A DNA stretch of 36,471 nucleotides from an uncultured Cryptobacterium sp. (lineage in GTDB: Bacteria > Actinomycetota > Coriobacteriia > Coriobacteriales > Eggerthellaceae), in the NCBI GenBank assembly GCA_900554685.1, contig USIG01000001.1, positions 1 to 36,471 of the forward strand. Direction: 5' to 3'. A model generated the notes under the pieces. It saw only the letters and a list, made by a program, of their open reading frames with translations. It was not told the origin of the DNA and searched no databases. This document shows positions 17,998-26,562 of the stretch, piece by piece. Position 1 is the stretch's first letter. Each line of letters opens with the position of its first letter. Both the position numbers and the translations under genes were made by a program.

Positions 17998-18579
17998 TCA
18001 TGACCTAAAACCGCTCTTCGCAAGGAGCTTGGCATAGATACGCTCCCGTATCCAGGGTTCATCCGAAAGCGCTATAACCTCCTTAAAAGGAACCCACTTC
18101 ACACCACTATTCTCGTCGGGCTTTATCCGAAGAGGCTCACCAGGGTCAACTTCGAATAAATAGGTCACATTAAGATGCAGATGAGAGCTTACATATGCCC
18201 CGTGTTTTTCGTGCCCATCAACCGTGAGAACCTCCAGCGAGAAAATTGAGCCCTCGGAACGCGCCTGTGTAACCCCGGTTTCTTCGCCTAATTCCCGCAA
18301 AGCAACCGCCCTTAAATCACAACATCCATCAGCATGGCCACCAATCCAACTCCATGAGTGATAGATATTGTGAAACACCATGATAGTTTGTGTCCTTTGA
18401 GGATCTACCACCCAAGCAGAACAGGTGAAATGCGCTTGTGCACTACGGTTAAAACAATTACTGTCAGCATCAAGGGCAGCAAGCATCACTTGCTTATCAA
18501 GTGCTTCTTGCTCGTTATAAGGAACATAAGAAGCAAGCTCTTTGCGTAGCATCGCTCGATCACACAAGGCTTTTGACAC
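17998..18579 (-). CDS. NUDIX hydrolase
   Basis: Nudix box GGHADG..LRAVALRELGEETG; HFTCSAWVV; start uncertain. Confidence 0.92.
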   Translation of the reverse strand: MSKALCDRAMLRKELASYVPYNEQEALDKQVMLAALDADSNCFNRSAQAHFTCSAWVVDPQRTQTIMVFHNIYHSWSWIGGHADGCCDLRAVALRELGEETGVTQARSEGSIFSLEVLTVDGHEKHGAYVSSHLHLNVTYLFEVDPGEPLRIKPDENSGVKWVPFKEVIALSDEPWIRERIYAKLLAKSGFRS

Positions 18580-18687
18580 CTGCCCTTCTTGTATCCCTTC
18601 ACAAAATGCAGCGTTACCAAGTTGACTAGCATCTTGCTTATCTCTACCTAATATCCTGTGCTTTCAGCGCTGAAGTGTTTTGCGGTT

Positions 18688-20661
18688 CTATTGTACTTCC
18701 GAAGCTGCCTCGCCCAATGCTGCCTTACCTGAAGCTGCCTTATCCGAAGCTACTTCGTCTTCCTCTAGAACTTCAGCAATCAGATGAACGAGATTACTAC
18801 GATGAACAACACCCAAAAGCTTGCCGTTTTCTAAAACAGGCAAGATTTTTAGGCGCTTTTCCGCCAACAACTTACATGCTTCTCCCAAATTCGTGTCGGG
18901 GGACACCCCTATCACTTTCTTGGTAGCCACATCTACCACCTGGATGTCCTTCATGCGGCTTACCTGCTTGCGAACATCTTCATTATCAAGTTCACGCAGC
19001 ACTACAAATCCAGCAGTTCCGGTAACCAGGCGAGACTCATCAGCAAAGAAGCTTAAGATGTCGCTCGTGGAAACAAAGCCACACGCCATGGATTTATCAT
19101 CAACGATAACTGCGCCACTTGCATCAGCCGCAGCCAAAATCTTCGCCGCAGCACTCATAGGAGCATCAAGCGGAACCACAACAGGGTCGGTATCCATAAC
19201 ATCGCCCACTGTTTGATACACGTTGATTCCCTCCTTCTGAGAAGACTGGTCCCGAACAGCGACAGGTAACTGATCCGACTTCATATTACGAATGAACAGC
19301 ACGACTAGCACAAGTACAAGTGCACCCAAAACCAAAACCGCGGTAAACGACCAATGGTATCCATAGAAAATTCGCTGGAGTTCACTACCCTGCGTTGCAA
19401 CCGAAGTTCCCAAAGCACTAAAGGACATAATTAGTGCAGTACCTAGCGAAGCACCCACCTGATTAACCGTATTTGTTGTTGCAGTTGCATGCTGAACCAA
19501 TTCGTTGTTTAGAGAATTCACACCCCAGGTATTAATGGGCGTGAAAAGAATTTGCAGCGATCCGCAGGTAACCATGTTTGCGGCAACAACCAGCACCATC
19601 GAACTGTCGATCGCGTAAAAGTACATTCCAATACAGCCAATAAACAGCGTTGCCACGCCACCAAGAGCAACACCCCGTACCCCATGCTGGTCGAAAATTT
19701 TTCCGCCAATCAACCCGGCGACTGCGCCCAATAAAGCACCGGGAAGGGTTGCCAAACCGCTAATGGTTGCCGAATAGCCCAAAATGTTTTGGATATACAG
19801 CGGCATGATAACGCTCAGGCCAATGAGGATTGCCTGAAGAAGGGCACAGACAATAAACGCCATGCGATAGCGGCGGCTATACAGCACCTCAAGACGCAGC
19901 ATTGGCTCTTCAATCTTGAACTGCCTGTGTACAAACAAACCCACAAAGACAAGACCTAAAACTATAAGTGCCACACAAAGCTCAACTTGATCCGAAGAAG
20001 CAAATGAAGACAAGCCGTACAAAAGCGATGCTAAGCCAATTGAAGAGAAAATAATTGATAAGGCATCTGCAGAGGTTCGAGGGAATCCTTCACGATTCTT
20101 AAGAGCGCGAGCGGCAAAAAGAATAATCAACACCGAAAATGCCACTACGATACAAAACAGTGCACGCCACCCAACAACATCAACAAGCAAGCCTCCAAGA
20201 GTTGGGCCAATTGCAGGGGCAAAGCCAATCACCAAACTTACCAACCCCATTGCTTTGCCACGGCTTTCACGCGGGAAGGTAAGAAGGATAAGCGACATAA
20301 CCATTACCATCATGACGCCGGTTGCCATTGCCTGCATAACGCGACCTACAAGCAGTACAGCAAAAACTGGAGCCAGCGCTGCAACCAAACTGCCTGCACC
20401 AAAAAGAGACATTCCGCCAATGAATAAAAAGCGCGTGCTAAAGCGTCCCATAAACCATGCAGCAAGCGGAATTACTACCGCCTCTACCAACGCATAGGCA
20501 GACGTTAGCCACTGAACCGTCGTAGCATCAACCTGCAAGTGCTCCATAATGGATGGCAATGCAGGAGAAAGAAGGGTTTGGTTCAAAACCACCAGAACAG
20601 CACCGCAAAGCAGCACCATTACCATATTTCGTTGTTCGTTTGTTAATCCTAGGGGAGCCAT
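18688..20661 (-). CDS. DHA2 (EmrB/QacA-like) MFS transporter fused to C-terminal CBS pair
   Basis: LNQTLLSPALP, QWLTSAY, GRVMQA, APAIGPTLGG, ~14 TM; then VGDVM..P..V, VIVDD, KILPVLENGKLLGVV CBS motifs; start ATG 20661 (MAPLGL). Confidence 0.92.
   Translation of the reverse strand: MAPLGLTNEQRNMVMVLLCGAVLVVLNQTLLSPALPSIMEHLQVDATTVQWLTSAYALVEAVVIPLAAWFMGRFSTRFLFIGGMSLFGAGSLVAALAPVFAVLLVGRVMQAMATGVMMVMVMSLILLTFPRESRGKAMGLVSLVIGFAPAIGPTLGGLLVDVVGWRALFCIVVAFSVLIILFAARALKNREGFPRTSADALSIIFSSIGLASLLYGLSSFASSDQVELCVALIVLGLVFVGLFVHRQFKIEEPMLRLEVLYSRRYRMAFIVCALLQAILIGLSVIMPLYIQNILGYSATISGLATLPGALLGAVAGLIGGKIFDQHGVRGVALGGVATLFIGCIGMYFYAIDSSMVLVVAANMVTCGSLQILFTPINTWGVNSLNNELVQHATATTNTVNQVGASLGTALIMSFSALGTSVATQGSELQRIFYGYHWSFTAVLVLGALVLVLVVLFIRNMKSDQLPVAVRDQSSQKEGINVYQTVGDVMDTDPVVVPLDAPMSAAAKILAAADASGAVIVDDKSMACGFVSTSDILSFFADESRLVTGTAGFVVLRELDNEDVRKQVSRMKDIQVVDVATKKVIGVSPDTNLGEACKLLAEKRLKILPVLENGKLLGVVHRSNLVHLIAEVLEEDEVASDKAASGKAALGEAASEVQ
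18701..18760. repeat. 15-bp degenerate tandem repeat x4 encoding the MFS-CBS C-terminal tail
   Basis: gaagctgcctcgccc/aatgctgccttacct/gaagctgccttatcc/gaagctacttcgtct. Confidence 0.8.
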
Positions 20662-20739
20662 TCTTCTCGCTTTCAAACGCTGACTTTTATGATCAAGCTG
20701 TTTTATTCGAAACGTTCTTGTCGTTTCCGCACTATAAAA

Positions 20740-20782
20740 CTTGACGATTATCAAGTGTATAAAACACTTGACTATAGTCAAG
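20740..20782. promoter_or_regulatory. Two palindromic operators CTTGA-N6-TCAAG (probable MarR sites)
   Basis: CTTGAcgattaTCAAG 20740-20755 and perfect CTTGACTATAGTCAAG 20767-20782 between divergent MFS and MarR genes. Confidence 0.75.
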
Positions 20783-20901
20783 AGATAGAGAAGAAAAGAA
20801 AGAACTCGCCATAAAGTTGTGTGAGGAAATTTTTAGTGGGTAAAAATAATTCTTTATAATTCAAAACAGATTCGATACGTACGAACAGGAATGTCTATCC
20901 C

Positions 20902-21372
20902 ATGATAACGAGCGAAGATGCGCAATCACTTATTCAGGCTTCGTTTTATTTCAACGAGCTTTTCAAAAGAACGGTTTTAACCGCTTCCTTCCCCGTCCCT
21001 GTTACTAAAACACAGATGGATATTTTGATGGCCCTTTATTCTGATGGCCCTATGAATATGTCAACCCTCAGTGCCAAGGTATATATTGCGCCCGAACAAA
21101 CCACTCGCGCTATACACGGCCTTCGGGAAAAGGATCTTATCGACACTGAGAGAAGCGAAGAAAACCGCCGCATGGTCATTGCGCACCTTACCGATAAAGG
21201 CGTTCTTATGCTTGATGATCATATTCACGAATTACATATGACCCTGCAGTCCAACCTTGATGGCTTAACTGACGAAGAAATCAAAGAGCTGATTCATGCA
21301 GCGTCCACCATTACCAGGCTTTCGCAAAAAACGGGTATCAAATACGTTTTACCTAAGCCACCTAAAGCTTAA
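20902..21372 (+). CDS. MarR family transcriptional regulator
   Basis: TKTQMDILMAL..GPMNMSTLS..TTRAI..L.EKDLI..RSEENRR...LTDKG winged HTH. Confidence 0.93.
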   Translation: MITSEDAQSLIQASFYFNELFKRTVLTASFPVPVTKTQMDILMALYSDGPMNMSTLSAKVYIAPEQTTRAIHGLREKDLIDTERSEENRRMVIAHLTDKGVLMLDDHIHELHMTLQSNLDGLTDEEIKELIHAASTITRLSQKTGIKYVLPKPPKA

Positions 21373-21387
21373 TAAGAAGCTTAAATT

Positions 21388-22164
21388 TTAGAGCGCGCCG
21401 TAATAAGGGCGCTGGACAACCACACTTTCAACCCACTTTGCAAGCGTGATGAAGTCAAAGACAGGCAGCCCTGTTGCGCGCTGTATTGCCGCAGCATAAG
21501 GAGGCAGATCGCTACACTCCAGAAGAATTGCATCAACCTCAGGATACTTTGCGCAAACCTCCTGGGCACGCTTACATAAATCGTCTTCAAGAAGCCCATT
21601 ATCAAGCGGACCTTTGCCCCAGCGAATGGGTGCAAAGCTTTCCATGTCACCCACGTTCACCACCACTATTTGATCAGTTGTGGTATTTACCTGTGACAAA
21701 AATTCGTCATTGATACTGGCGCCATCAGCAGCGAATACCGCAATTTTTCTTTCTGCAGGAAGCCAGGTTTTAATTGTTGCAAGCTGACACAAGCTGGACA
21801 TAAACACCGGCACACCCACTGCCGCGGCAACCTCTTTTTGGAAATGAGCAAAGTATCCACAGGCCCCTATAATGGCACGGACACCCTCTGCCTCAAGCTT
21901 TTTTGCCGCTTCAATCACCTGCTCTTTAATGCTAGGGTCACCTGCAAAAAGCTGTTCGATTTCAAACGAGACCATTTCGTAAAGAACAGGAAAATCATAG
22001 GTCGTAGCGTTTACCACATTGCCTGGAACCTTGGGGTAATCCAAATCGACAGCAATAATGCCCAGTGCTTGGCCGCTGGTATAACGAGGTGGCAATTCAA
22101 AAACCCCACGACGCTGCTCTTCGTTTGTGATAGCACCATAAGCGCTTTTCCAAGACACTGACAT
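21388..22164 (-). CDS. Aspartate/glutamate/hydantoin racemase superfamily protein
   Basis: Two Cys motifs IIGACGYF and LLECSDLPPY; PVFMSSL; PVFD; start ATG 22164 after AAAGGGG. Confidence 0.8.
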   Translation of the reverse strand: MSVSWKSAYGAITNEEQRRGVFELPPRYTSGQALGIIAVDLDYPKVPGNVVNATTYDFPVLYEMVSFEIEQLFAGDPSIKEQVIEAAKKLEAEGVRAIIGACGYFAHFQKEVAAAVGVPVFMSSLCQLATIKTWLPAERKIAVFAADGASINDEFLSQVNTTTDQIVVVNVGDMESFAPIRWGKGPLDNGLLEDDLCKRAQEVCAKYPEVDAILLECSDLPPYAAAIQRATGLPVFDFITLAKWVESVVVQRPYYGAL

Positions 22165-22248
22165 TATTTCCCCTTTATCCAAAAGCTGGCATCATCATTA
22201 CAAGACAATGCCAGCCACATGCATTTTTCTTAGGTTGTAGCGCTTTGC

Positions 22249-23481
22249 TTACGCTTCGACGTATTCGCCTTCATGCAAATAAGCAAGCAGCTGTTCTTTA
22301 TCCAAATGAGCAATACCCAAATCTTCAAGAGTAAGACCCGTTGCCATATAGTCGGTCTTGTTCATAACGCCACCGAGTACGATCATGGAATCGATAACAG
22401 GAGTTGGAACGCCGAACTTTTTGCCCAACTCATGATATACATGGCAGCCTACCGGAACATCTTCAGTCACATAGCGATTCTGAATAGTGAAAGGACCGGT
22501 AGCATAGCCTACTTCCCATTCTTCTTCGAAAGGAACAATGCAGCCTTCGCCCATGTACTCTTCACCAAGAACGCTTGTGCGCTGGAAGAAAACTTCCTTC
22601 TTGAAGGGCTGAATGCCAACGCCAATAGCTTTAGCCAAAGCAATCTCTTCGTTGTAGAACTGATACTGAACTTCACTGATAGAGGGGCAGAAGGAATGAG
22701 AGTAAATGCTGTATTCGTGAGCATTCTTACCAAGAACCGTGCTGAAGTTTTCCATCGTGGAAACACCCAGTACCGTACCAGGAACATGAATAACAGGATT
22801 TACGTTAGAGAAACCAATATCCAATACCGTATCACCGCAAACAGCGCCGTCGCCTTCGGTAATAGCATCAAAGCATCCCAGAGCCTTGGAGCTTTCTACA
22901 AAATCTTCGGTGTCCTTTGCAGGAAGAGCAGCACCGCGCAAGGTAATAGCACGATAGACCAAACTGCAGGTAGGCTTCATAACGCCACCTTCGGTGTCTA
23001 CGCGGGTACCATAAGGTGCAGAAGACCAACCGCCGATAATAACGTTTTTAGTGCAGCCAGCCTCACGCATCATCTTGCGCAACTTCAGTGAACCATAGTT
23101 ATCAGGAATGATATGAATTACCTGACCGTCTTCAAGACAAGGGATAAGTTCCTTAAAGAAAATTTCATGAGCAACAGAAGGAATACCAACAATGATGAGC
23201 TTTGCGCCCTTTACGCACTCTGCTACCGAATTAGTTGCCAAGGCAAATTCGCCTTTACCCATACGACGGAAGCCATACTTGGTCTGAGTTCCAGGTGCCT
23301 TATCCTGCAGGGTAATGCCTGTTTTCATTACCGTGCCCAAGGTCTTTTCAAAAAATGGATCCAAGTCACAAATGCGAACTTCCTGACCAGCTAAAGCGCA
23401 ATCAGCACCACAGGTCTTACCAACAGCGCCACCGCCTAAAATAGCAACAGGAGCGTTTCGTAATTCATCAACGTTGATCAT
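22249..23481 (-). CDS. NAD(P)-dependent opine (octopine/nopaline) dehydrogenase family protein
   Basis: Rossmann LGGGAVG; NVNPVIH; RYVTEDVPVG; GVPTPVIDS; GLTLEDLGI; strong RBS AAAAGGAGG. Confidence 0.88.
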   Translation of the reverse strand: MINVDELRNAPVAILGGGAVGKTCGADCALAGQEVRICDLDPFFEKTLGTVMKTGITLQDKAPGTQTKYGFRRMGKGEFALATNSVAECVKGAKLIIVGIPSVAHEIFFKELIPCLEDGQVIHIIPDNYGSLKLRKMMREAGCTKNVIIGGWSSAPYGTRVDTEGGVMKPTCSLVYRAITLRGAALPAKDTEDFVESSKALGCFDAITEGDGAVCGDTVLDIGFSNVNPVIHVPGTVLGVSTMENFSTVLGKNAHEYSIYSHSFCPSISEVQYQFYNEEIALAKAIGVGIQPFKKEVFFQRTSVLGEEYMGEGCIVPFEEEWEVGYATGPFTIQNRYVTEDVPVGCHVYHELGKKFGVPTPVIDSMIVLGGVMNKTDYMATGLTLEDLGIAHLDKEQLLAYLHEGEYVEA

Positions 23482-23527
23482 GTTGTTTATTCCTCCTTTT
23501 ATGTTTGTCTTGCCTATTTTACGTCAA

Positions 23528-23554
23528 AGAAGGCCGCCCTTTGGACGACCTTCG
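23528..23554 (-). terminator. Imperfect hairpin between metQ and the opine dehydrogenase gene
   Basis: Minus strand GAAGGTCGTCC-AAA-GGGCGGCCTTC followed by only TTT. Confidence 0.5.
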
Positions 23555-23573
23555 AAAGGTATTTAGTGTCTAC

Positions 23574-24434
23574 TTAGAATACCGGCAGTACCGATCCTTG
23601 GTAGTTATCGTTGATGTAATCGCGAACCTCATCGGAATTAAGCGCCTTTGCGAGAGCCTGAATTCCTTCGTTGTTTTCGTTTCCTTCTTTAACAACAAGC
23701 AAGTTTGCGTAGGTTTTTGCTGCATCACCATCGGCACTTTCAACTGCCAAAGCGTCGTTGTTTACCGTAAGGCCTGCTTCGATTGCGTAGTTTGCATTGA
23801 TGCAAGCCACATCAACGTCTGCCAATACGGTAGGTACCACTGCCGCCTCAAGCTCTTCGATCTGAAGATTGAGAGGGTTGTCTACAATATCGTTGATAGT
23901 AGCATTTACTCCCACACCATCGGCCAAGGTAATAAGGCCTTCCTGCTGGAGCAACAACAGCGCACGTGCTTCATTGGTGGGGTCGTTAGGAACTGCAACG
24001 GTTGCGCCATTCTGTAAATCATCAAGAGAGCTTACCTTGCCAGGATAGATTGCCAAAGGCTCATAGTGAACGGCAGTTACCGAGACCAAATGGGTACCAC
24101 GTTCGGCATTGAAGTTCTCAAGGTAAGGACCGTGCTGGAAATAGTTAGCATCAACCTCGCCATCTTCGGTTGCGGTATTAGGCTGAATGTAGTCAGTAAA
24201 TTCAGTTACCTCAAGGGTATAGCCTTCTTTTTCCAAAAGAGGTGCTACAGCGTTGTTAAGTATTTCTGCATGAGGAGTAGGCACCGCAGCTACCTTGATA
24301 ACTTTGCTGTCATCAGAATTTTCTGAAGCGGAATCGCTCGACGTGCCACTGCATCCTGTGAGCGCAAGCGCTGCGCAAAGAGCTACTGCTACCGCAACAA
24401 CGGCAAAGAGTGTACGGGGGATAAACTTTGTCAT
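23574..24434 (-). CDS. metQ: MetQ/NlpA family methionine ABC transporter substrate-binding lipoprotein
   Basis: Lipobox LTGC; PHAEIL, FTDYIQPN, DANYFQH, VPNDPTNEARAL, INANYA; no metN/metI in window. Confidence 0.93.
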   Translation of the reverse strand: MTKFIPRTLFAVVAVAVALCAALALTGCSGTSSDSASENSDDSKVIKVAAVPTPHAEILNNAVAPLLEKEGYTLEVTEFTDYIQPNTATEDGEVDANYFQHGPYLENFNAERGTHLVSVTAVHYEPLAIYPGKVSSLDDLQNGATVAVPNDPTNEARALLLLQQEGLITLADGVGVNATINDIVDNPLNLQIEELEAAVVPTVLADVDVACINANYAIEAGLTVNNDALAVESADGDAAKTYANLLVVKEGNENNEGIQALAKALNSDEVRDYINDNYQGSVLPVF

Positions 24435-24568
24435 TGGATTTTCCTTTCAAAAAAGCGAACTAAAAATTGAATCAGAACAACAAGAGAAAAAAGCGATGAA
24501 TACTGAATTAACTTACGCTTGGCTTAGTGCGCCTAGGCAGTGCTTTTGGTTATACCGCATTGCCTCAT

Positions 24569-24658
24569 CTACATCGCTTTGTGCACGTCATTGGACTTGC
24601 ACATTCGTTCGTTGAATCTATTGCAGTCTCGTAATGCCTCTTTTGCAAAGCTGCTCAC
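24569..24658 (-). CDS. Putative 29-aa leader peptide MSSFAKEALRDCNRFNERMCKSNDVHKAM upstream of metQ
   Basis: RBS AAAGGAGG before GTG 24658; ends ATG-TAG; last codons complementary to a downstream segment followed by a U-tract. Confidence 0.6.
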   Translation of the reverse strand: MSSFAKEALRDCNRFNERMCKSNDVHKAM

Positions 24659-24836
24659 AAGTCCTCCTTTCGGCGTGCGGTATCTTCTTTCTTAGTTCGT
24701 TGTCTGGTTTCTTGTACTGATCCTTTGGCGAACCACTTGGGTTGCGTTCAGATCAATCACTGCCAGAACTAGAATCGACGGGTTTCAATCCTACTCGCTT
24801 TTTCGATTTTGCGTTAATTCATAAACCCGAATGCTG

Positions 24837-24857
24837 GTTATAGACCCTCCTTATAAC
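24837..24857. promoter_or_regulatory. Palindrome GTTATA-N9-TATAAC, LysR-type (T-N11-A) box upstream of the metQ leader
   Basis: Dyad centred ~65 bp upstream of the start predicted from a minus-strand -10 TAGGAT (24793-24788). Confidence 0.55.
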
Positions 24858-24911
24858 AGCCCTCGTTGCAACTTTGCTGCTTGCGTATTACTCTTCGCAG
24901 CAGGTGTCTCT

Positions 24912-25040
24912 TTGCCCATTAATCTCACGTCCATTAGTCTCATGCTCATTGAGGCCATTGCCTCTTGGTAATCTCATTTACCCATTGGTCTCACGCCCAT
25001 TTGTCTCATTTGCTCATTGCCTCGTTTGCCTATTGGTGCC
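24912..25040. repeat. Degenerate short-period (C/T)CATT-rich tandem repeat tract
   Basis: Many CCCATT/CTCATT/CTCAYG units, e.g. atctcatttacccattggtctcacgcccatttgtctcatttgctcattg. Confidence 0.6.
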
Positions 25041-25111
25041 TACTTAGCGCCTTCTCTAAACGTTCCCCAGCAAAGACCACTACAATAAAGAAAAGCGTGA
25101 AAGGACATCGT

Positions 25112-25954
25112 ATGGATCAGCAACGCAAACGCGATCTTTGTCTCTATCTTGTAAAACGACTCATGAAAGAGCGCCATGATAACGGCGGCTATATCACTCA
25201 GGCTCTTCTCGATATTGTTCCCTCTCCCGATAAACTTGATACCGCTTCCACCACTCAACTATGGCTTGCTTTTCGTGCTTTAGTAAACGTACGCGAACCC
25301 TGGTATGCCGATGATGATTTGTTGGCGGCTCAAGATGAGCTTCTTCAGGGAATGATTCAAGAGGCAGGGATTACTTCTGTTGATGATCTAACACCAGCGC
25401 CTTTAGACGCGCGGCTTCGTTTGTGGAAAGGCGATATCACCACGCTTGCCGCAGATGCAATTGTTAATGCCGCAAACTCAGGCATGACGGGATGCTGGGC
25501 ACCTTTACATTACTGCATCGATAACGCAATTCATACGTTTGCTGGTATACAGCTTCGCTACGAATGCGCTCGCCTCATGATTAAACAAGGGCATGAAGAA
25601 CCCACGGGACAGGCAAAGGTTACACCTGCTTATAATCTTCCTGCCAAGCATGTTATTCATACCGTGGGTCCTATCGCCAATGGCGCCCTCAACGACAAAC
25701 TGCGCGAACAGCTGGCCTCAAGTTATCGCAGCTGTCTTGACGCTGCTGCACAAGAGAAAGATACCTCTCTTGCATTTTGTTGTATCAGTACGGGAGTATT
25801 TGGCTTTCCGGCCGAAGAAGCTGCAAAAATTGCAGTAAACACCACGCGAGCATGGCTCGATAAGCAAGAAGCCCATAATAAAGATGTCCCCGTTGTGATA
25901 TTCAATGTTTTTCTTGATTCGGATGAAGAGATATACAAAAAATTGCTGCAGTAG
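25112..25954 (+). CDS. Macrodomain protein-ADP-ribose hydrolase, zinc-binding (Zn-Macro) type
   Basis: GDITTL..DAIVNAAN, C-x4-H-x-C loop GCWAPLHYCIDNAIH, HTVGP, CISTGVFGFP; N-terminal FRALVNVREP; ATG 25112 after GAAAGGA. Confidence 0.92.
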   Translation: MDQQRKRDLCLYLVKRLMKERHDNGGYITQALLDIVPSPDKLDTASTTQLWLAFRALVNVREPWYADDDLLAAQDELLQGMIQEAGITSVDDLTPAPLDARLRLWKGDITTLAADAIVNAANSGMTGCWAPLHYCIDNAIHTFAGIQLRYECARLMIKQGHEEPTGQAKVTPAYNLPAKHVIHTVGPIANGALNDKLREQLASSYRSCLDAAAQEKDTSLAFCCISTGVFGFPAEEAAKIAVNTTRAWLDKQEAHNKDVPVVIFNVFLDSDEEIYKKLLQ

Positions 25955-25956
25955 GC

Positions 25957-26511
25957 TTATTGATTAACCTTCTTTACAGTCTCTAAGCACTTACCCAACT
26001 TTTTCCCTGTGGCTAAATAGGAATAGGTAGGGAATTCAAAGAGTACTGGTGAAATTTTTTCGTAGTCAGGCTTGTCGTTTTCATCAAGCTTGTCTTCTTC
26101 TACCAATGTTGCATCGATAGAACAAATGAAATTATCAAAGCTTTCAGTTTCATAATTATCGCGAACGGTGCATACCAACGTCAAAGGAGCCTCCAAAGGA
26201 ATAGGTGCTCCGTTTTCCGCCTTTTCCCAAGTGAAGATATTTGACTTATCGTCCTTCTTGCCGGATTTAGAGCCAATAGCATCTAATGAGGGAATCATTG
26301 CCTGATCTGCCAAACTAATAGTAAGCGCGCCTGATTCGCGAATACCCTTATTGGTAAAGTGGTTTTTCATACTGCTTATAAGAATACGATCATGTCCGAT
26401 GATACCTACGTGTGCCACCTGTAGCCAGTTAGGCTTTCCATCAACCATTGCCCCCACAACACAAGCTGGTGTGGGATAAAGCGCCAACATAGATCCAACA
26501 TTTTTCTTCAT
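25957..26511 (-). CDS. Flavin reductase / flavoredoxin family protein
   Basis: LYPTP..VVGAMVDGKPNW, HFTNKGI, G.KSG..DKS, GAP; RBS AAGGAGA. Confidence 0.88.
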   Translation of the reverse strand: MKKNVGSMLALYPTPACVVGAMVDGKPNWLQVAHVGIIGHDRILISSMKNHFTNKGIRESGALTISLADQAMIPSLDAIGSKSGKKDDKSNIFTWEKAENGAPIPLEAPLTLVCTVRDNYETESFDNFICSIDATLVEEDKLDENDKPDYEKISPVLFEFPTYSYLATGKKLGKCLETVKKVNQ

Positions 26512-26562
26512 GTTGCGTCTCTCCTTTGTTTATTTAATATTATTTCTTTATCTGAAATATAC

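Noticed and set aside
22273..23091. 272-aa plus-strand ORF, and similar long antisense ORFs over metQ (23505-24017), hydA and the surface protein
   Set aside because: Shadows of strongly codon-biased genes on the opposite strand; no RBS or recognisable motifs
21388..23481. Staphylopine/pseudopaline-like metallophore operon (racemase + opine dehydrogenase)
   Set aside because: No CntL nicotianamine-synthase-like gene, exporter or metal ABC importer; the racemase is Asp/Glu type rather than DapF-like CntK
24727..24745. Minus-strand AACCCAAGTGGTTCGCC resembling a T-box sequence upstream of metQ
   Set aside because: Does not fit UGGNACC, and there is no room for Stem I/specifier loop after the predicted promoter
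24965..25111. Longer N-termini in the ORF track (macrodomain 24965; also 9613, 11891, 16057, 20781, 22182, 27370, 29597, 30472, 32741)
   Set aside because: Extensions run through promoters, operators or repeats; downstream starts have better RBS and match family N-termini
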